Assembly: GCA_002713365.1 (NCBI GenBank)
Contig: PASR01000011.1
Coordinates: 5,527-69,526 of the forward strand
Direction: 5' to 3'
Origin: Rhodospirillaceae bacterium
GTDB lineage: Bacteria > Pseudomonadota > Alphaproteobacteria > UBA6615
Length of the DNA stretch: 64,000 nucleotides
Both the position numbers and the translations under genes were made by a program. Shown here piece after piece: positions 44,251 through 54,264 of this stretch; within the stretch, counting starts at the first letter, position 1, and each line of letters opens with the position of its first letter. Under the pieces are notes generated by a model. The model was given only the letters and a program-made list of their open reading frames with translations. It ran no database searches and was not told where the DNA came from.

Positions 44251-45150
44251 TTATTCTGCGGCGGCTCCTAGTTTATCAAGTTCAAGAATCTGACGAGCTT
44301 CATTAACGCTAGCTGGATATTCCCCTATAGCTTCAATTATTTTGACAGCTCTTTCAACCATAGGTGTATTTCCAGGGGTGAGAACGCCTCGGGATAGGTA
44401 TAGGTTATCCTCCATGCCGACGCGCACATGTCCTCCCAATACCACTGCTGCAGCTACCATAGGAAATTCTAATCGAGAAATACCAAAGGCAGCCCATTTG
44501 GCATTGCTAGGTAGCTGATCTCGCATTAATTGCATTGATTCCATAGTAGCTCGACCCCCCCAGGGAATTCCAAGGCAAAGTTGAAATAAGGGATTAGGAT
44601 CAGTTATTATTCCTCTATTACACATATCAGAGGCTTGCCACAGCTGTCCTGTATCGAAAACCTCCATCTCAATTTTGACACCGATTTTTTGAATTAAGCC
44701 CGCCATTTTTTCTAACATCGCTTTAGTATTAGTTACCGCAACATCAGAATAGTTCATTGTCGTGACGTCTAAGGTACATAAATCTGGTTTATTTTCGTAT
44801 ATATGTTGAACCCTTTCCTCGGCACTACTTAGAGCACTTCCACTAATAAAATCATGGGGAGAATCAGTTTCGACCGCAAGAATTCCGCCAGGCCCGGTTG
44901 TTAAATTTATAAGAATTGGACAACCGGCGTTCCTTAATCTATCTACTACCTCCTTATATAACTTGGGATCCATACTAGCTTTTGCCGTTTTGGGGTCACG
45001 CACATGGATATGGGCTATTGATGCACCTGCATGGTGTGCGGAGATTGCTTCATTAGCGATTTCTTTGGGGGTAACAGGAACAGCCGGATTCATATGTTTT
45101 GTGTCTGATCCACCTGTTATGGCGCAAGAGATAATAACTGGACGTGCCAT
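44251..45150 (-). CDS. BKACE family enzyme (3-keto-5-aminohexanoate cleavage enzyme-like, DUF849)
   Basis: Begins MARPVIISCAITGGSDT... with IAHIHVRDPKTAKASMDP. TIM-barrel of the DUF849 type. Confidence 0.75.
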   Translation of the reverse strand: MARPVIISCAITGGSDTKHMNPAVPVTPKEIANEAISAHHAGASIAHIHVRDPKTAKASMDPKLYKEVVDRLRNAGCPILINLTTGPGGILAVETDSPHDFISGSALSSAEERVQHIYENKPDLCTLDVTTMNYSDVAVTNTKAMLEKMAGLIQKIGVKIEMEVFDTGQLWQASDMCNRGIITDPNPLFQLCLGIPWGGRATMESMQLMRDQLPSNAKWAAFGISRLEFPMVAAAVVLGGHVRVGMEDNLYLSRGVLTPGNTPMVERAVKIIEAIGEYPASVNEARQILELDKLGAAAE

Positions 45151-45194
45151 CAGCTTAAACCCTTTCTCTTTTAATTATTTATTAGAGAATTTTA

Positions 45195-46103
45195 CTATTC
45201 TGCTGCATTCCTAGAGTTATTACTTGTTGTTATTCCAAATATATCTCTTGCTTCTGCAGGGGTAGCAACTGTGTCTCCCAGTAATTCAATGATTTGAACT
45301 GCCCGGTCTACGAGTTGAGCATTACCTGAAGCTAATTCACCGCGTTTAATATAGAGGTTATCTTCTAAACCAACACGCACATGACCACCCAGAATAGCGG
45401 CTGAGGCAACCATTGGGAACTCAAACCTTGAAATACCAAATGAAGCCCATAATGCATTTTCAGGAAGCATATTACGCATTAGTGTCATTGCTTCAGCTGT
45501 AGCTGGTGCTCCCCAGGGAATACCTAAGCATAGTTGATACAAAGGATTTGGATCTTTTATCACGCCGGTTTTTACTAGATGGTTAGCTAAACTAACGTGG
45601 CCAACATCGAATACTTCGAGTTCGGGCTTAACGCCTGCAGATTGTATTAGAGAAGCCATTTCTTCTAACATTTCAGGAGAATTTACCATTGGGCGATCTC
45701 CAAAATTCATTGTAGCTACATCTAGAGAACAAATATCCGGTTTATTTTCTAATACATGTATAACCCTCTCTTCAGCAGTTTTCATTACGCTTCCTGGCCC
45801 AGGCTCTAATGGAGTTTGTATATTCACGTCCAAGCGAGCACCTGGCCCTGTTGTAAGGTTTATCACCACATCACAATTTGCGTCACGTATACGCTTAACA
45901 ACATCCGCATAATAAACCGGATCCATGCTAGCTTTTCCAGTTTTTGGGTTTCGGACATGTATATGGGCAACTGCAGCCCCTGCCTTATGCGCAGCAATAA
46001 CTTCATCTGCAATTTCTTTTGGGGTAGAGGGAACGTTAGGGTTCATACCCTTAGTATCTGCGCCACCGGTAACTGCACAACTAATGATAATTGGACGAGC
46101 CAT
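45195..46103 (-). CDS. BKACE family enzyme (DUF849), tandem paralog
   Basis: Begins MARPIIISCAVTGGADT... with VAHIHVRNPKTGKASMDP. Collinear paralog of the downstream gene. Confidence 0.75.
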   Translation of the reverse strand: MARPIIISCAVTGGADTKGMNPNVPSTPKEIADEVIAAHKAGAAVAHIHVRNPKTGKASMDPVYYADVVKRIRDANCDVVINLTTGPGARLDVNIQTPLEPGPGSVMKTAEERVIHVLENKPDICSLDVATMNFGDRPMVNSPEMLEEMASLIQSAGVKPELEVFDVGHVSLANHLVKTGVIKDPNPLYQLCLGIPWGAPATAEAMTLMRNMLPENALWASFGISRFEFPMVASAAILGGHVRVGLEDNLYIKRGELASGNAQLVDRAVQIIELLGDTVATPAEARDIFGITTSNNSRNAAE

Positions 46104-46323
46104 AATTCACATCTCCTAGTCATATTTTCTTTAATTATGAACTTATATCTCTGTATAGACTATTAGGGTCTTTGCATTTGAACAAGTCAGCGTGAATAAA
46201 AGTGCTTATTGAATATACTAGCTATACAAAACCTCGACAAATAATTATGAAAAACTATTAAAATAAACTAATAACTTGTTATGATTTTAATATAATAGGT
46301 TACTCACATTTTGGGGAAAGATA

Positions 46324-47304
46324 ATGGTCAAAGCAATGCGAATACATAAATTTGGTGGACCAGAAGTTCTCAAGTGGGAAGATGTTGATTTATCTGAACC
46401 AGGACCAAGTGAGCTATTGATTAGACATAATGTAACCGGGTTTAACTTTCTTGATATTCAAGTAAGAAAAGGAGCTTATCCTGTCTTACCTAAACTACCT
46501 GCGGTGTTAGGAACTGAAGCTGCTGGAATTGTTCAACAAGTAGGCAAAGAAGTTAATAATTTTTCTGTGGGTCAAAGAGTTGCATATGCGTCAACCTACC
46601 CTGGGGCATACTCTGAAGCTCGTTTAATTGAGGCCTCGAATGTAGTTGCTTTGCCAGATAATATAACATTTGAAGAGGCTGCAGCCAGCTTGCTTAAAGG
46701 TATGACTGCTGAATATCTAGTAAATAGGTGCTATTCAATTGCTGCTGGTGAAGTAGCGATAGTACATGCAGCAGCCGGAGGAGTTGGTTTGTTTTTGTGC
46801 CAGTGGCTTAAGGATAAAGGAGTTACGGTTATTGGTACTGTTGGTTCTGATGAAAAAAAGACTACAATTCTTAATAATGGTGCTACTTACGCGGTTAACT
46901 ATCGTAAGGAGAATTTTAATGAAGTAGCATTGGATATTACTAATGGTCTGGGAGTTCATGTCGTATATGATTCTGTTGGCCCTGATTTATATATTGAATC
47001 AATAAATAGTTTGCGGCCGCGTGGTTACATGGTGAATTTTGGAAATTCCTCTGGACCTCTAGCACCTATAGATTCTGTTGAGCTTAATGTGAAAGGCTCG
47101 TTATTTTTTACTAAGGCGTCTATGCGTTTTTATCAGTTAAACCGGCAAGAGCTAGAAGATAGTGCTACTTCTTTATTTAATATAATAGGCCGCGGCGCTG
47201 TTAAACCTTTTATAGGTCAGCAATATAAACTGGCTGATGCAGCTCAAGCCCATAAAGATGTTGCTGAACGCCTTACAGTAGGATCAACTATATTAACTAT
47301 TTAA
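46324..47304 (+). CDS. qor: NADPH:quinone oxidoreductase (zinc-independent MDR family)
   Basis: 326-aa MDR with AAGGVGLFLCQW nucleotide-binding motif. Confidence 0.75.
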   Translation: MVKAMRIHKFGGPEVLKWEDVDLSEPGPSELLIRHNVTGFNFLDIQVRKGAYPVLPKLPAVLGTEAAGIVQQVGKEVNNFSVGQRVAYASTYPGAYSEARLIEASNVVALPDNITFEEAAASLLKGMTAEYLVNRCYSIAAGEVAIVHAAAGGVGLFLCQWLKDKGVTVIGTVGSDEKKTTILNNGATYAVNYRKENFNEVALDITNGLGVHVVYDSVGPDLYIESINSLRPRGYMVNFGNSSGPLAPIDSVELNVKGSLFFTKASMRFYQLNRQELEDSATSLFNIIGRGAVKPFIGQQYKLADAAQAHKDVAERLTVGSTILTI

Positions 47305-47315
47305 ATGCTATTTTA

Positions 47316-47795
47316 TTATCTGCTATTAATAAACTTACTAAATGCATTTAGGGTTTCTTGGCTGACATAATGTTCAATACCTTCTGCATCCAACTGAGCG
47401 TTACGTTCGGTAACTCCTATAGCTCTCAAAAAATCTAATACTATCTTATGTCTTTCTCTTGATGTATTCGCTAAGTTTTCGCCATCTGGGGTAAGAAAAA
47501 TTGATCGGTAAGGGCGTGTATGAACTAGACCATCTCTTTGAAGACGCTTAATAATTTTGTTTACAGTAGCATGTGAAACTCCAAATCGCTCTGCTAAATC
47601 AACTATCCTAGCTTCACCATAAGCGTTAATTAAATCATCTATCATTTCTACATAGTCTTCCGCTTTTTCTGTTTGCTGGGCTGTTCTAACACGTTCAAAC
47701 TGTGCGGCTTGCAGATTGGCCTCTATCATTTTATTTGGTGTTTCAGAGGAGGTGTCATCTGATTTATCTTTTGTCTTTTGTGCGCTTTTGTTCAT
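47316..47795 (-). CDS. mntR: DtxR/MntR-family metal-dependent transcriptional regulator
   Basis: wHTH region DLAERFGVSHATVNKIIKRLQRDGLV plus a metal-binding dimerisation region. Lies 3 nt downstream of the ZIP-like gene. Confidence 0.7.
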   Translation of the reverse strand: MNKSAQKTKDKSDDTSSETPNKMIEANLQAAQFERVRTAQQTEKAEDYVEMIDDLINAYGEARIVDLAERFGVSHATVNKIIKRLQRDGLVHTRPYRSIFLTPDGENLANTSRERHKIVLDFLRAIGVTERNAQLDAEGIEHYVSQETLNAFSKFINSR

Positions 47796-47798
47796 GAA

Positions 47799-48953
47799 TT
47801 AGACCTGAATCAGAAATGCGGTAGTGTACATTACCAAGATTCCCATACCAAAACCAGCGAAAGCGTTACTTACTATAAACTTATCACCTAAATTAACTCT
47901 CATAACCCATATTGAACGAGTCACCTCAATTATAACTTGAGCTATTGCGCCTGCAGCAATGCCAAAGAATAGTGCATTCCAATGTGGAGCAAAGGTAAAA
48001 GTCCCTATCCATGTTCCTGCTATTGCAGGAAGCCCAGCCAAACATAACCAGCATAAAAGCATCCCAAAGGTTACTTTTTGTTTTGTAATTGGGGCTATTA
48101 TCGCTACCCCTTCTGTAAGATTATGTATAGCAAACCCAATTAATAACATACTCCCTAATGCAGCATTTCCCAGAGATAAGGCGGCACCTATCGATAGTCC
48201 CTCTCCAAAATTATGTAAGCCAATGCCAATTGCTAACCAAGTCGCTAGTATAATACCGTCAGTTGAAGGTTTTGATCGCCAACTTATAGCTAGAATGCCT
48301 AGAAATGTAAGTACACTCGCAAGTAAAACACTTAAACTTCCTTGGAATGCATTTGCAGATATTTTTGTGAGCTCAAGGCCCTCTTCTAAGGTATCAACAA
48401 ATAAATAACCTAGTAGTCCAATTGTTAGCGACATAAAAAATACAATGCTATTATCACCTATTAAGCGTAAGAGAGGCAAAGATAACATTCCTAGTGTAAT
48501 TGGGATTACCCCAACGCATATCCCAATGAGCGCTAGACTAAATAAGGTTTTTTTATTTGGACTAGGCGCCTTATATGCAACGTCAATTGTGTAATCATAC
48601 GTTGCTCCAGTACTTGACAGAAAAAGTAGATGGTGTGTTTCGTTCTGTACCCAAGGATAGGGTATTAATATCTTTGCTGTAGCTAACTGATTTATTGGTC
48701 CTTCAGGTATTTGCCGAAAATTCCAAAAGGCCCCATCAACTTGTACTTGAGAAATTTTTATTGGTTCACGGCCGTTTCCTCTGACATAGGCAGTAAAACC
48801 ATCAGGGCCGGAAGTTACTCTTTCAATTATAAGCGATTCTTCCGGAGGCAGATTGTTATCAAAATCATCTAGTGGATTAAATACGTATATCGCTAAGCTG
48901 ATTACACCTAACATTATTAAAACAACAAAAAATGCAATACGATTATAAACCAT
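47799..48953 (-). CDS. ZIP-like divalent metal permease with N-terminal extracytoplasmic domain
   Basis: N-terminal TM anchor and a ~130-aa soluble domain, followed by a polytopic region with paired GLHNFGEG and AIHNLTEG motifs. Start overlaps the multicopper oxidase stop (TAATG). Confidence 0.6.
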   Translation of the reverse strand: MVYNRIAFFVVLIMLGVISLAIYVFNPLDDFDNNLPPEESLIIERVTSGPDGFTAYVRGNGREPIKISQVQVDGAFWNFRQIPEGPINQLATAKILIPYPWVQNETHHLLFLSSTGATYDYTIDVAYKAPSPNKKTLFSLALIGICVGVIPITLGMLSLPLLRLIGDNSIVFFMSLTIGLLGYLFVDTLEEGLELTKISANAFQGSLSVLLASVLTFLGILAISWRSKPSTDGIILATWLAIGIGLHNFGEGLSIGAALSLGNAALGSMLLIGFAIHNLTEGVAIIAPITKQKVTFGMLLCWLCLAGLPAIAGTWIGTFTFAPHWNALFFGIAAGAIAQVIIEVTRSIWVMRVNLGDKFIVSNAFAGFGMGILVMYTTAFLIQV

Positions 48954-50041
48954 TAGACGACCTCAAACATGCTCATCCAGCCTAGCTCAGCAAACTCACT
49001 TTGATGTGCGTGGAACATGTAATGTCCTGGTTCATGATTACTAAAAGACATTTCTATAATGCCTCTTTGGGCTTGGCATTGCATTACTGTATCAACTTTA
49101 TTGAGAGTTGGTGTTAGTGTGGTTCCATGGTCAAAATAGTCAAAGAAATTTCCATGAATATGAAACGAGTTTATTGGATCGAATTCAGTTACGTTAATTA
49201 AATAGATGCGAACTGGACGTTGTTTATCTATTTTGATAGGTCTTTTGCTATATTCATGAGCTATGGTATTTACAGCATAAATTTCATTCTCTTCATCAAA
49301 GTTGGTATCAAACGCATTCATTACCATTACTAGTTCTTGCCAATGCATGTTCTCATCTGTTCCTAGCTGACGGGATAACGCAGTAGTAGTATTTTGTGGA
49401 TGAAGTTTGGGGTCAGGGTCTACAATAAAAGCTCCGTAAAGGCCTTTGTGAATATGGCGCTTAAGTGGTGCAACATGGCAATGATATAGATGACATCCAA
49501 ATGGGTCTGCCCTAAATTCGTAGACAAACTCTTCTCCTGGATCTACTAAACCAGCTCCGGATATGCCATCCATCTTAGCACTATGAATTCCATGAAAGTG
49601 CATTGAGTGGGGATGACTGCCCATGTTAATAAACTTGATTTGCAGAAACTCGCCTTCGGTAGCTCGTATTGTCGGACCCGGTACCCTGCCATTATAAGTC
49701 CAGGCAGGAAAAAACACCCCAGGAGCAATTTCAATTTCGGTGTCAACTGCTATAATTTCGAATTTACGAATAGTTTTGCCAGCGCTATCTTTTTCAACCG
49801 TGCCAGTTTCCCAATCAGTCAGCAAATTATGTGGATCAAATCCATTACGCAAATGATCAACGTTTCCTACGGTGGTCATACCACCTGCGTGAGCGAGTGG
49901 ACTCTTACATATAGATTTCGGATCTGCTGGATTGTCAGCACTAGTGTTGGTGCTGCTAAATAAGGGAACTAAAGGTAACAAAGCACCAGCCCCGAGAAAA
50001 GATCGACGATTAGATACATTTTTAAACAATTTAGAAATCAT
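48953..50041 (-). CDS. TAT-secreted two-domain multicopper oxidase (small laccase/NirK-like cupredoxin protein)
   Basis: Twin-arginine signal SNRRSFLGAGAL. Copper-ligand motifs HPHSMHFHG, YHCHV, HIHGNFF and FHAHQSE. Confidence 0.65.
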   Translation of the reverse strand: MISKLFKNVSNRRSFLGAGALLPLVPLFSSTNTSADNPADPKSICKSPLAHAGGMTTVGNVDHLRNGFDPHNLLTDWETGTVEKDSAGKTIRKFEIIAVDTEIEIAPGVFFPAWTYNGRVPGPTIRATEGEFLQIKFINMGSHPHSMHFHGIHSAKMDGISGAGLVDPGEEFVYEFRADPFGCHLYHCHVAPLKRHIHKGLYGAFIVDPDPKLHPQNTTTALSRQLGTDENMHWQELVMVMNAFDTNFDEENEIYAVNTIAHEYSKRPIKIDKQRPVRIYLINVTEFDPINSFHIHGNFFDYFDHGTTLTPTLNKVDTVMQCQAQRGIIEMSFSNHEPGHYMFHAHQSEFAELGWMSMFEVV

Positions 50042-50229
50042 TTTTTTTAAATACTCTGAATATAGTTCAATTTAATCATTAATTAATGTTTGATACAGTT
50101 TAATATTAAAGCATTACCATTAAAGTATAGCCATGGCTACATCTCAATGAATGGTTTTATATTAAAATTTTTAATAAAGAAATTTATTTAAACTTTAAAA
50201 AGTAATTTTAGGGTGTTTAATTAATGTAC

Positions 50230-51201
50230 CTAATGCACCTTTTCTCTCTTACCTGAGACAAGAGAGCGTTCAATAGCTGCAAGTACAGCAACATCATGTA
50301 TCATTTGTTCATTAGTAAATTTATAATCATCAGTGCCCGCAATAGAATCAGCAAAACCTTCCATATTAGCTTTAACTGGATTAATTGCTGATACTTTTTT
50401 TAACTCAGGGTTTCCGTCGACCATACAAATTTCAATTTTATCATGGTCTACTACTTTGACCCAACCTTCTGAACCGTAAACATTAAGCATTCTGCTACTT
50501 GGAGTTACCATTATGTTGCCTATGTAAGCGCTAGCGCCGCATTCAAAGGTTAGTAATGCTGAAGCTGAATCAAGAGCTTGTATTCTATCTAGAGCTTGTG
50601 CATACACCTCACTAACAGGCCCTAAAAAAGAACTAAATAAATCTATATAGTGACTACCCATATGGTAGAGGCCGCCTCCCGGTGCTTCTTTAGGATCATG
50701 TCTCCAGCTAACAAAACCAGAAAGGGTGGAATGGCTAGTGTTTCCTTCTAAATGCATTATCGTACCAAGTTGATTAGAATCAATCATCTTTTTGATTTCA
50801 GTTTGAGGGGCCGCGTATCTTTGGTTATGTCCTAAACCCAACTTAATACCCGCTTTTTCTGCCGCTAGTACCGATTTTTCGGCATCTGATTTATTTAGAG
50901 CGAATGGTTTTTCTGTAAATACGTGTTTTCCTGCTTCTGCTGCTGCTATAATTTGTTCTGTATGAAGGCTATGTGGGGTCACCAGAACAACAGCATTTAC
51001 ATCAGGGTCATCAAGTGCGTCTTGATAATTTGCAGTTAATTTTAGTCCTTGTTCAGATGCATAATCTTTTGAGCCTTCTGTATTAAGGTCAATAACTCGA
51101 ACAATTTTTACTTTATCACTTTTGTTATGTATTGCATCTATGTGGGTACGGCCCCACCAACCTAGCCCTATTATAGCTATATTTAGCATTTTCTTCCTCA
51201 A
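50230..51201 (-). CDS. Gfo/Idh/MocA family oxidoreductase
   Basis: N-terminal Rossmann motif IAIIGLGWWGRTH and C-terminal GFO_IDH_MocA-type domain. Confidence 0.8.
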   Translation of the reverse strand: MRKKMLNIAIIGLGWWGRTHIDAIHNKSDKVKIVRVIDLNTEGSKDYASEQGLKLTANYQDALDDPDVNAVVLVTPHSLHTEQIIAAAEAGKHVFTEKPFALNKSDAEKSVLAAEKAGIKLGLGHNQRYAAPQTEIKKMIDSNQLGTIMHLEGNTSHSTLSGFVSWRHDPKEAPGGGLYHMGSHYIDLFSSFLGPVSEVYAQALDRIQALDSASALLTFECGASAYIGNIMVTPSSRMLNVYGSEGWVKVVDHDKIEICMVDGNPELKKVSAINPVKANMEGFADSIAGTDDYKFTNEQMIHDVAVLAAIERSLVSGKREKVH

Positions 51202-51418
51202 ATAATAATTTTAGTAGCTATGACTATGCTCAAATCATAATATTATAGCTGCACACCTAATATACTGACTACAAACTAACTCTACTTTATTATAAAGTAT
51301 TAATAAGATAATAATTAATATATAGTAATCAATTTTTGATATGGCAGAAATGTCTAGCTTTTACTTCTGTTAATTAGCGGATGATATAAATAAATTAAGT
51401 TGCTGTTGGAGTGATTAG

Positions 51419-52450
51419 ATGAAATTTGGGTTATTTGGTAGTGCGCAGGCAAAGCGTGGTGGTGGTCCTGATGTAGATAGTGCTAAAGGTTATCATGATT
51501 GGCTAGAATTCAACATAGAGGCAGAAGCACTTGGTTATCATAGTGCATTTGCAGTTGAACATCACTTTACTGGCTTTGGGCAAGTATCGGCTACTATAAA
51601 TCTGCTAACTTATTTAGCCGCACAGACAACAACTTTGCGACTGGGCACGGCAGTCATGGTATTGCCTTGGCATAATCCAGTATTACTTGCAGAACAAGCT
51701 GCTACTCTAGACCTTCTATCTGGTGGCCGGTTAGACTTTGGTGTTGGAAAAGGATATCGGTATAATGAATTTGAAGGGTTTGGGATACCCATGGAAGAAG
51801 CTGGGGAGCGTTTCGAGGAATCTCTTGATGTTTTAATACGCGCTTGGACTAAAGATGAGCCATGGTCGCATAAAGGTAAATTTTGGAATTTTAAAGATAT
51901 CATTGTTGAACCACCAACGATACAAAAACCACATCCGCCATTCTGGATGGGTGCAGGTAACCCCAAAACAATTGATGGTGTAGCGGCTCGAGGTTGTAAC
52001 CTATTGTTAGATCAATTTGCTCCAGTAAAAGTTATACTTGAAAGAATAGAAATGTTTCGCAATGCCGTTGAAAAGCGAGGCAGAATATTTAATCCTAATG
52101 AGGTGGGGGTAGCTCGAGGTCTTTATGTAGCTAAGGATTTTTCTGACAGAGATTCAGCAATTGAAAGACGTATTGCCGCTCGTGCCAGAGTAGATAATTT
52201 AGCTCAGAGACCTGACGGCGCTAATAAATCATCGATAATGTCTTACGATGATACTGCTGAGACAGCTATGGAGGCAGCTCTTTTTGGAACAGTTGATGAA
52301 ATTACTGAAAAAGTATCGAAGTTAAGAGAGGGTGGTGTACGCTATTTATTGTTATCTGATGGTGGCTCAGGAATTGAAGGGTTACGCAAATTTTCACGCG
52401 AAGTTATGCCAGTTTTTATTGATAGTGATACAGCAGAGGCTGCAGAGTAA
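51419..52450 (+). CDS. LLM-class flavin-dependent oxidoreductase (luciferase-like monooxygenase)
   Basis: 343 aa with MKFGLF... N-terminus. TIM-barrel LLM signature through GRLDFGVGKGY. Confidence 0.8.
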   Translation: MKFGLFGSAQAKRGGGPDVDSAKGYHDWLEFNIEAEALGYHSAFAVEHHFTGFGQVSATINLLTYLAAQTTTLRLGTAVMVLPWHNPVLLAEQAATLDLLSGGRLDFGVGKGYRYNEFEGFGIPMEEAGERFEESLDVLIRAWTKDEPWSHKGKFWNFKDIIVEPPTIQKPHPPFWMGAGNPKTIDGVAARGCNLLLDQFAPVKVILERIEMFRNAVEKRGRIFNPNEVGVARGLYVAKDFSDRDSAIERRIAARARVDNLAQRPDGANKSSIMSYDDTAETAMEAALFGTVDEITEKVSKLREGGVRYLLLSDGGSGIEGLRKFSREVMPVFIDSDTAEAAE

Positions 52451-52538
52451 TAAAATTGACCAGCCTTAGATAAGCATATTTACAAGGATAGCGTATTTTC
52501 TTTCCCAAAATATTAGGTTTATATAAATAAAATATGTA

Positions 52539-52949
52539 TTACTTAGGCTTTGGTAGTTTTACTTCTTTTTCTATTGTTGGACCTCCAGCTTTTACCCACG
52601 CACTAAAACCACCAGCCATGTGAGAAACAGGTGATAAACCCATTCGATGAACTGACTGTGCTGCCAATGCAGAACGCAAGCCACCAGCACAGTAAAAAAT
52701 AAACTTTTTTCCGGAGTTAAAGTCTGCACGGTGGTAAGGACTATCTGGATCCACCCAAAACTCTAACATGCCGCGCGGGGCATGCATGGCTCCAGGTATA
52801 GTGCCCTCGCGCCATAATTCACGAATATCACGTATGTCTACTAATACCACTTCCGGATCTTTTCTTAATTGAATTACATCCTCTGCTAGTAAGGTTTCAA
52901 TTTCTTGTTCTGCCTCTTCGCAAAGCTCTTTTATACCTTTAGTAATCAT
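52539..52949 (-). CDS. single-domain rhodanese (sulfurtransferase) protein
   Basis: 136 aa with active-site loop CAGGLRS. Confidence 0.75.
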   Translation of the reverse strand: MITKGIKELCEEAEQEIETLLAEDVIQLRKDPEVVLVDIRDIRELWREGTIPGAMHAPRGMLEFWVDPDSPYHRADFNSGKKFIFYCAGGLRSALAAQSVHRMGLSPVSHMAGGFSAWVKAGGPTIEKEVKLPKPK

Positions 52950-53039
52950 CTATATTTTATCCATTTATTTTCTATTAATTTATCAATTTAAAATAAGTAA
53001 AATTAATTTTCTAGGGCAGTATATTTTATAACTATTAAT

Positions 53040-54236
53040 TTAATTTTTTTTCTTAATTGAATAAAAAACTATTAAAATACCGATTAGAGTCGCAATTGAA
53101 AGTACTACTAATGTTATAGCATACGGTTTTATAGTATTGGTTGGTAACGTACTAATTAATAAAGCCACTATTGCACCAGTTCCTAGTTGACAGAACCCAG
53201 CGAACGAAGCTGCTGTACCTGCAATTCTTCTATCTACGCTAGCGGCGCCAGCCATAGCGTTAGGAAATATAATGCCATTTGAAAATGCATAAAGTATCAT
53301 TGGAAATAATATTGCCCATAAAGATGTTAAAGGCGAAAGTATCAGAAACATTATTGAAGCTCCTATTCCTAAAATAGCACCCCATAATAATGTATGATTA
53401 ATACTTATAAATGAGATCATTTTGCTTGCCACATAATTACCAGCAGGAAACTGAAGAGTAATTAACATTAGCAAAATGCTGAATAATATTGGTGCTAAGC
53501 CCATGTTCTCAATAATTAGGCTGGGTCCTACTGCTAGAAATCCAAAAAATCCGGATGTACCTGCTGCAAAAGCGAGTGTATAGCCAACATAAATGCGCGA
53601 AGATAGCAAACGCCCATATCGCACAAATATATCAGACCAACTTGCGGTATTACCATCATTTTCGAGTGGACGTGTTTCTTTAAGTACAACCAAAGTCCAT
53701 AGCCCCAAAAGACATGTAAATAACGTAAGGAAAGCAAATATTGAACGCCACCCAAAAATAGCGTCTAAAACTCCGCCTATAATTGGGGCTGTTAACGGAG
53801 CAATTGATTGAATCATAGCCACAAGCGCCATCATTCTAGCTGCTTCGTTTCCTTCATAAACATCTTGTACTATAGCTCGAGGCACTACCAGTGTTGCACA
53901 CCCCCCTAAAGCTTGCAGAATACGAGCTATAATTAGAAGCTCTATGCTTGGAGCAAAAGTGGCTCCTAGACTGGCAATTCCTAGAAGAATTAGACCGCTA
54001 AAAATGACTGGTCGGCGGCCAATTTTATCTGAAAGGGGACCAATAAATAGTTGTGATGTAGCAAATACAATTAGAAAAATTGAGACTGTAAGTTGAGCTA
54101 CTGCATAGCTAGTATTAAAGTCATGTGAAATCGTAGGTATGGATTGCACATGAATACTTAATGCTAATGGACCAGAGGCAGCAAGAGACCCTAATAGAAT
54201 GGTTGAGGGTCTTATATTTTTATTATGAAATATCAC
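53040..54236 (-). CDS. MFS transporter, Bcr/CflA subfamily (paralog of the 3943-5136 gene)
   Basis: 12-TM protein with the GPLSDKIGRRPV MFS motif. Similar overall to the first MFS gene. Confidence 0.75.
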   Translation of the reverse strand: MIFHNKNIRPSTILLGSLAASGPLALSIHVQSIPTISHDFNTSYAVAQLTVSIFLIVFATSQLFIGPLSDKIGRRPVIFSGLILLGIASLGATFAPSIELLIIARILQALGGCATLVVPRAIVQDVYEGNEAARMMALVAMIQSIAPLTAPIIGGVLDAIFGWRSIFAFLTLFTCLLGLWTLVVLKETRPLENDGNTASWSDIFVRYGRLLSSRIYVGYTLAFAAGTSGFFGFLAVGPSLIIENMGLAPILFSILLMLITLQFPAGNYVASKMISFISINHTLLWGAILGIGASIMFLILSPLTSLWAILFPMILYAFSNGIIFPNAMAGAASVDRRIAGTAASFAGFCQLGTGAIVALLISTLPTNTIKPYAITLVVLSIATLIGILIVFYSIKKKN

Positions 54237-54264
54237 GGATAGTATTTAGTAAAGCTACGTTAGT

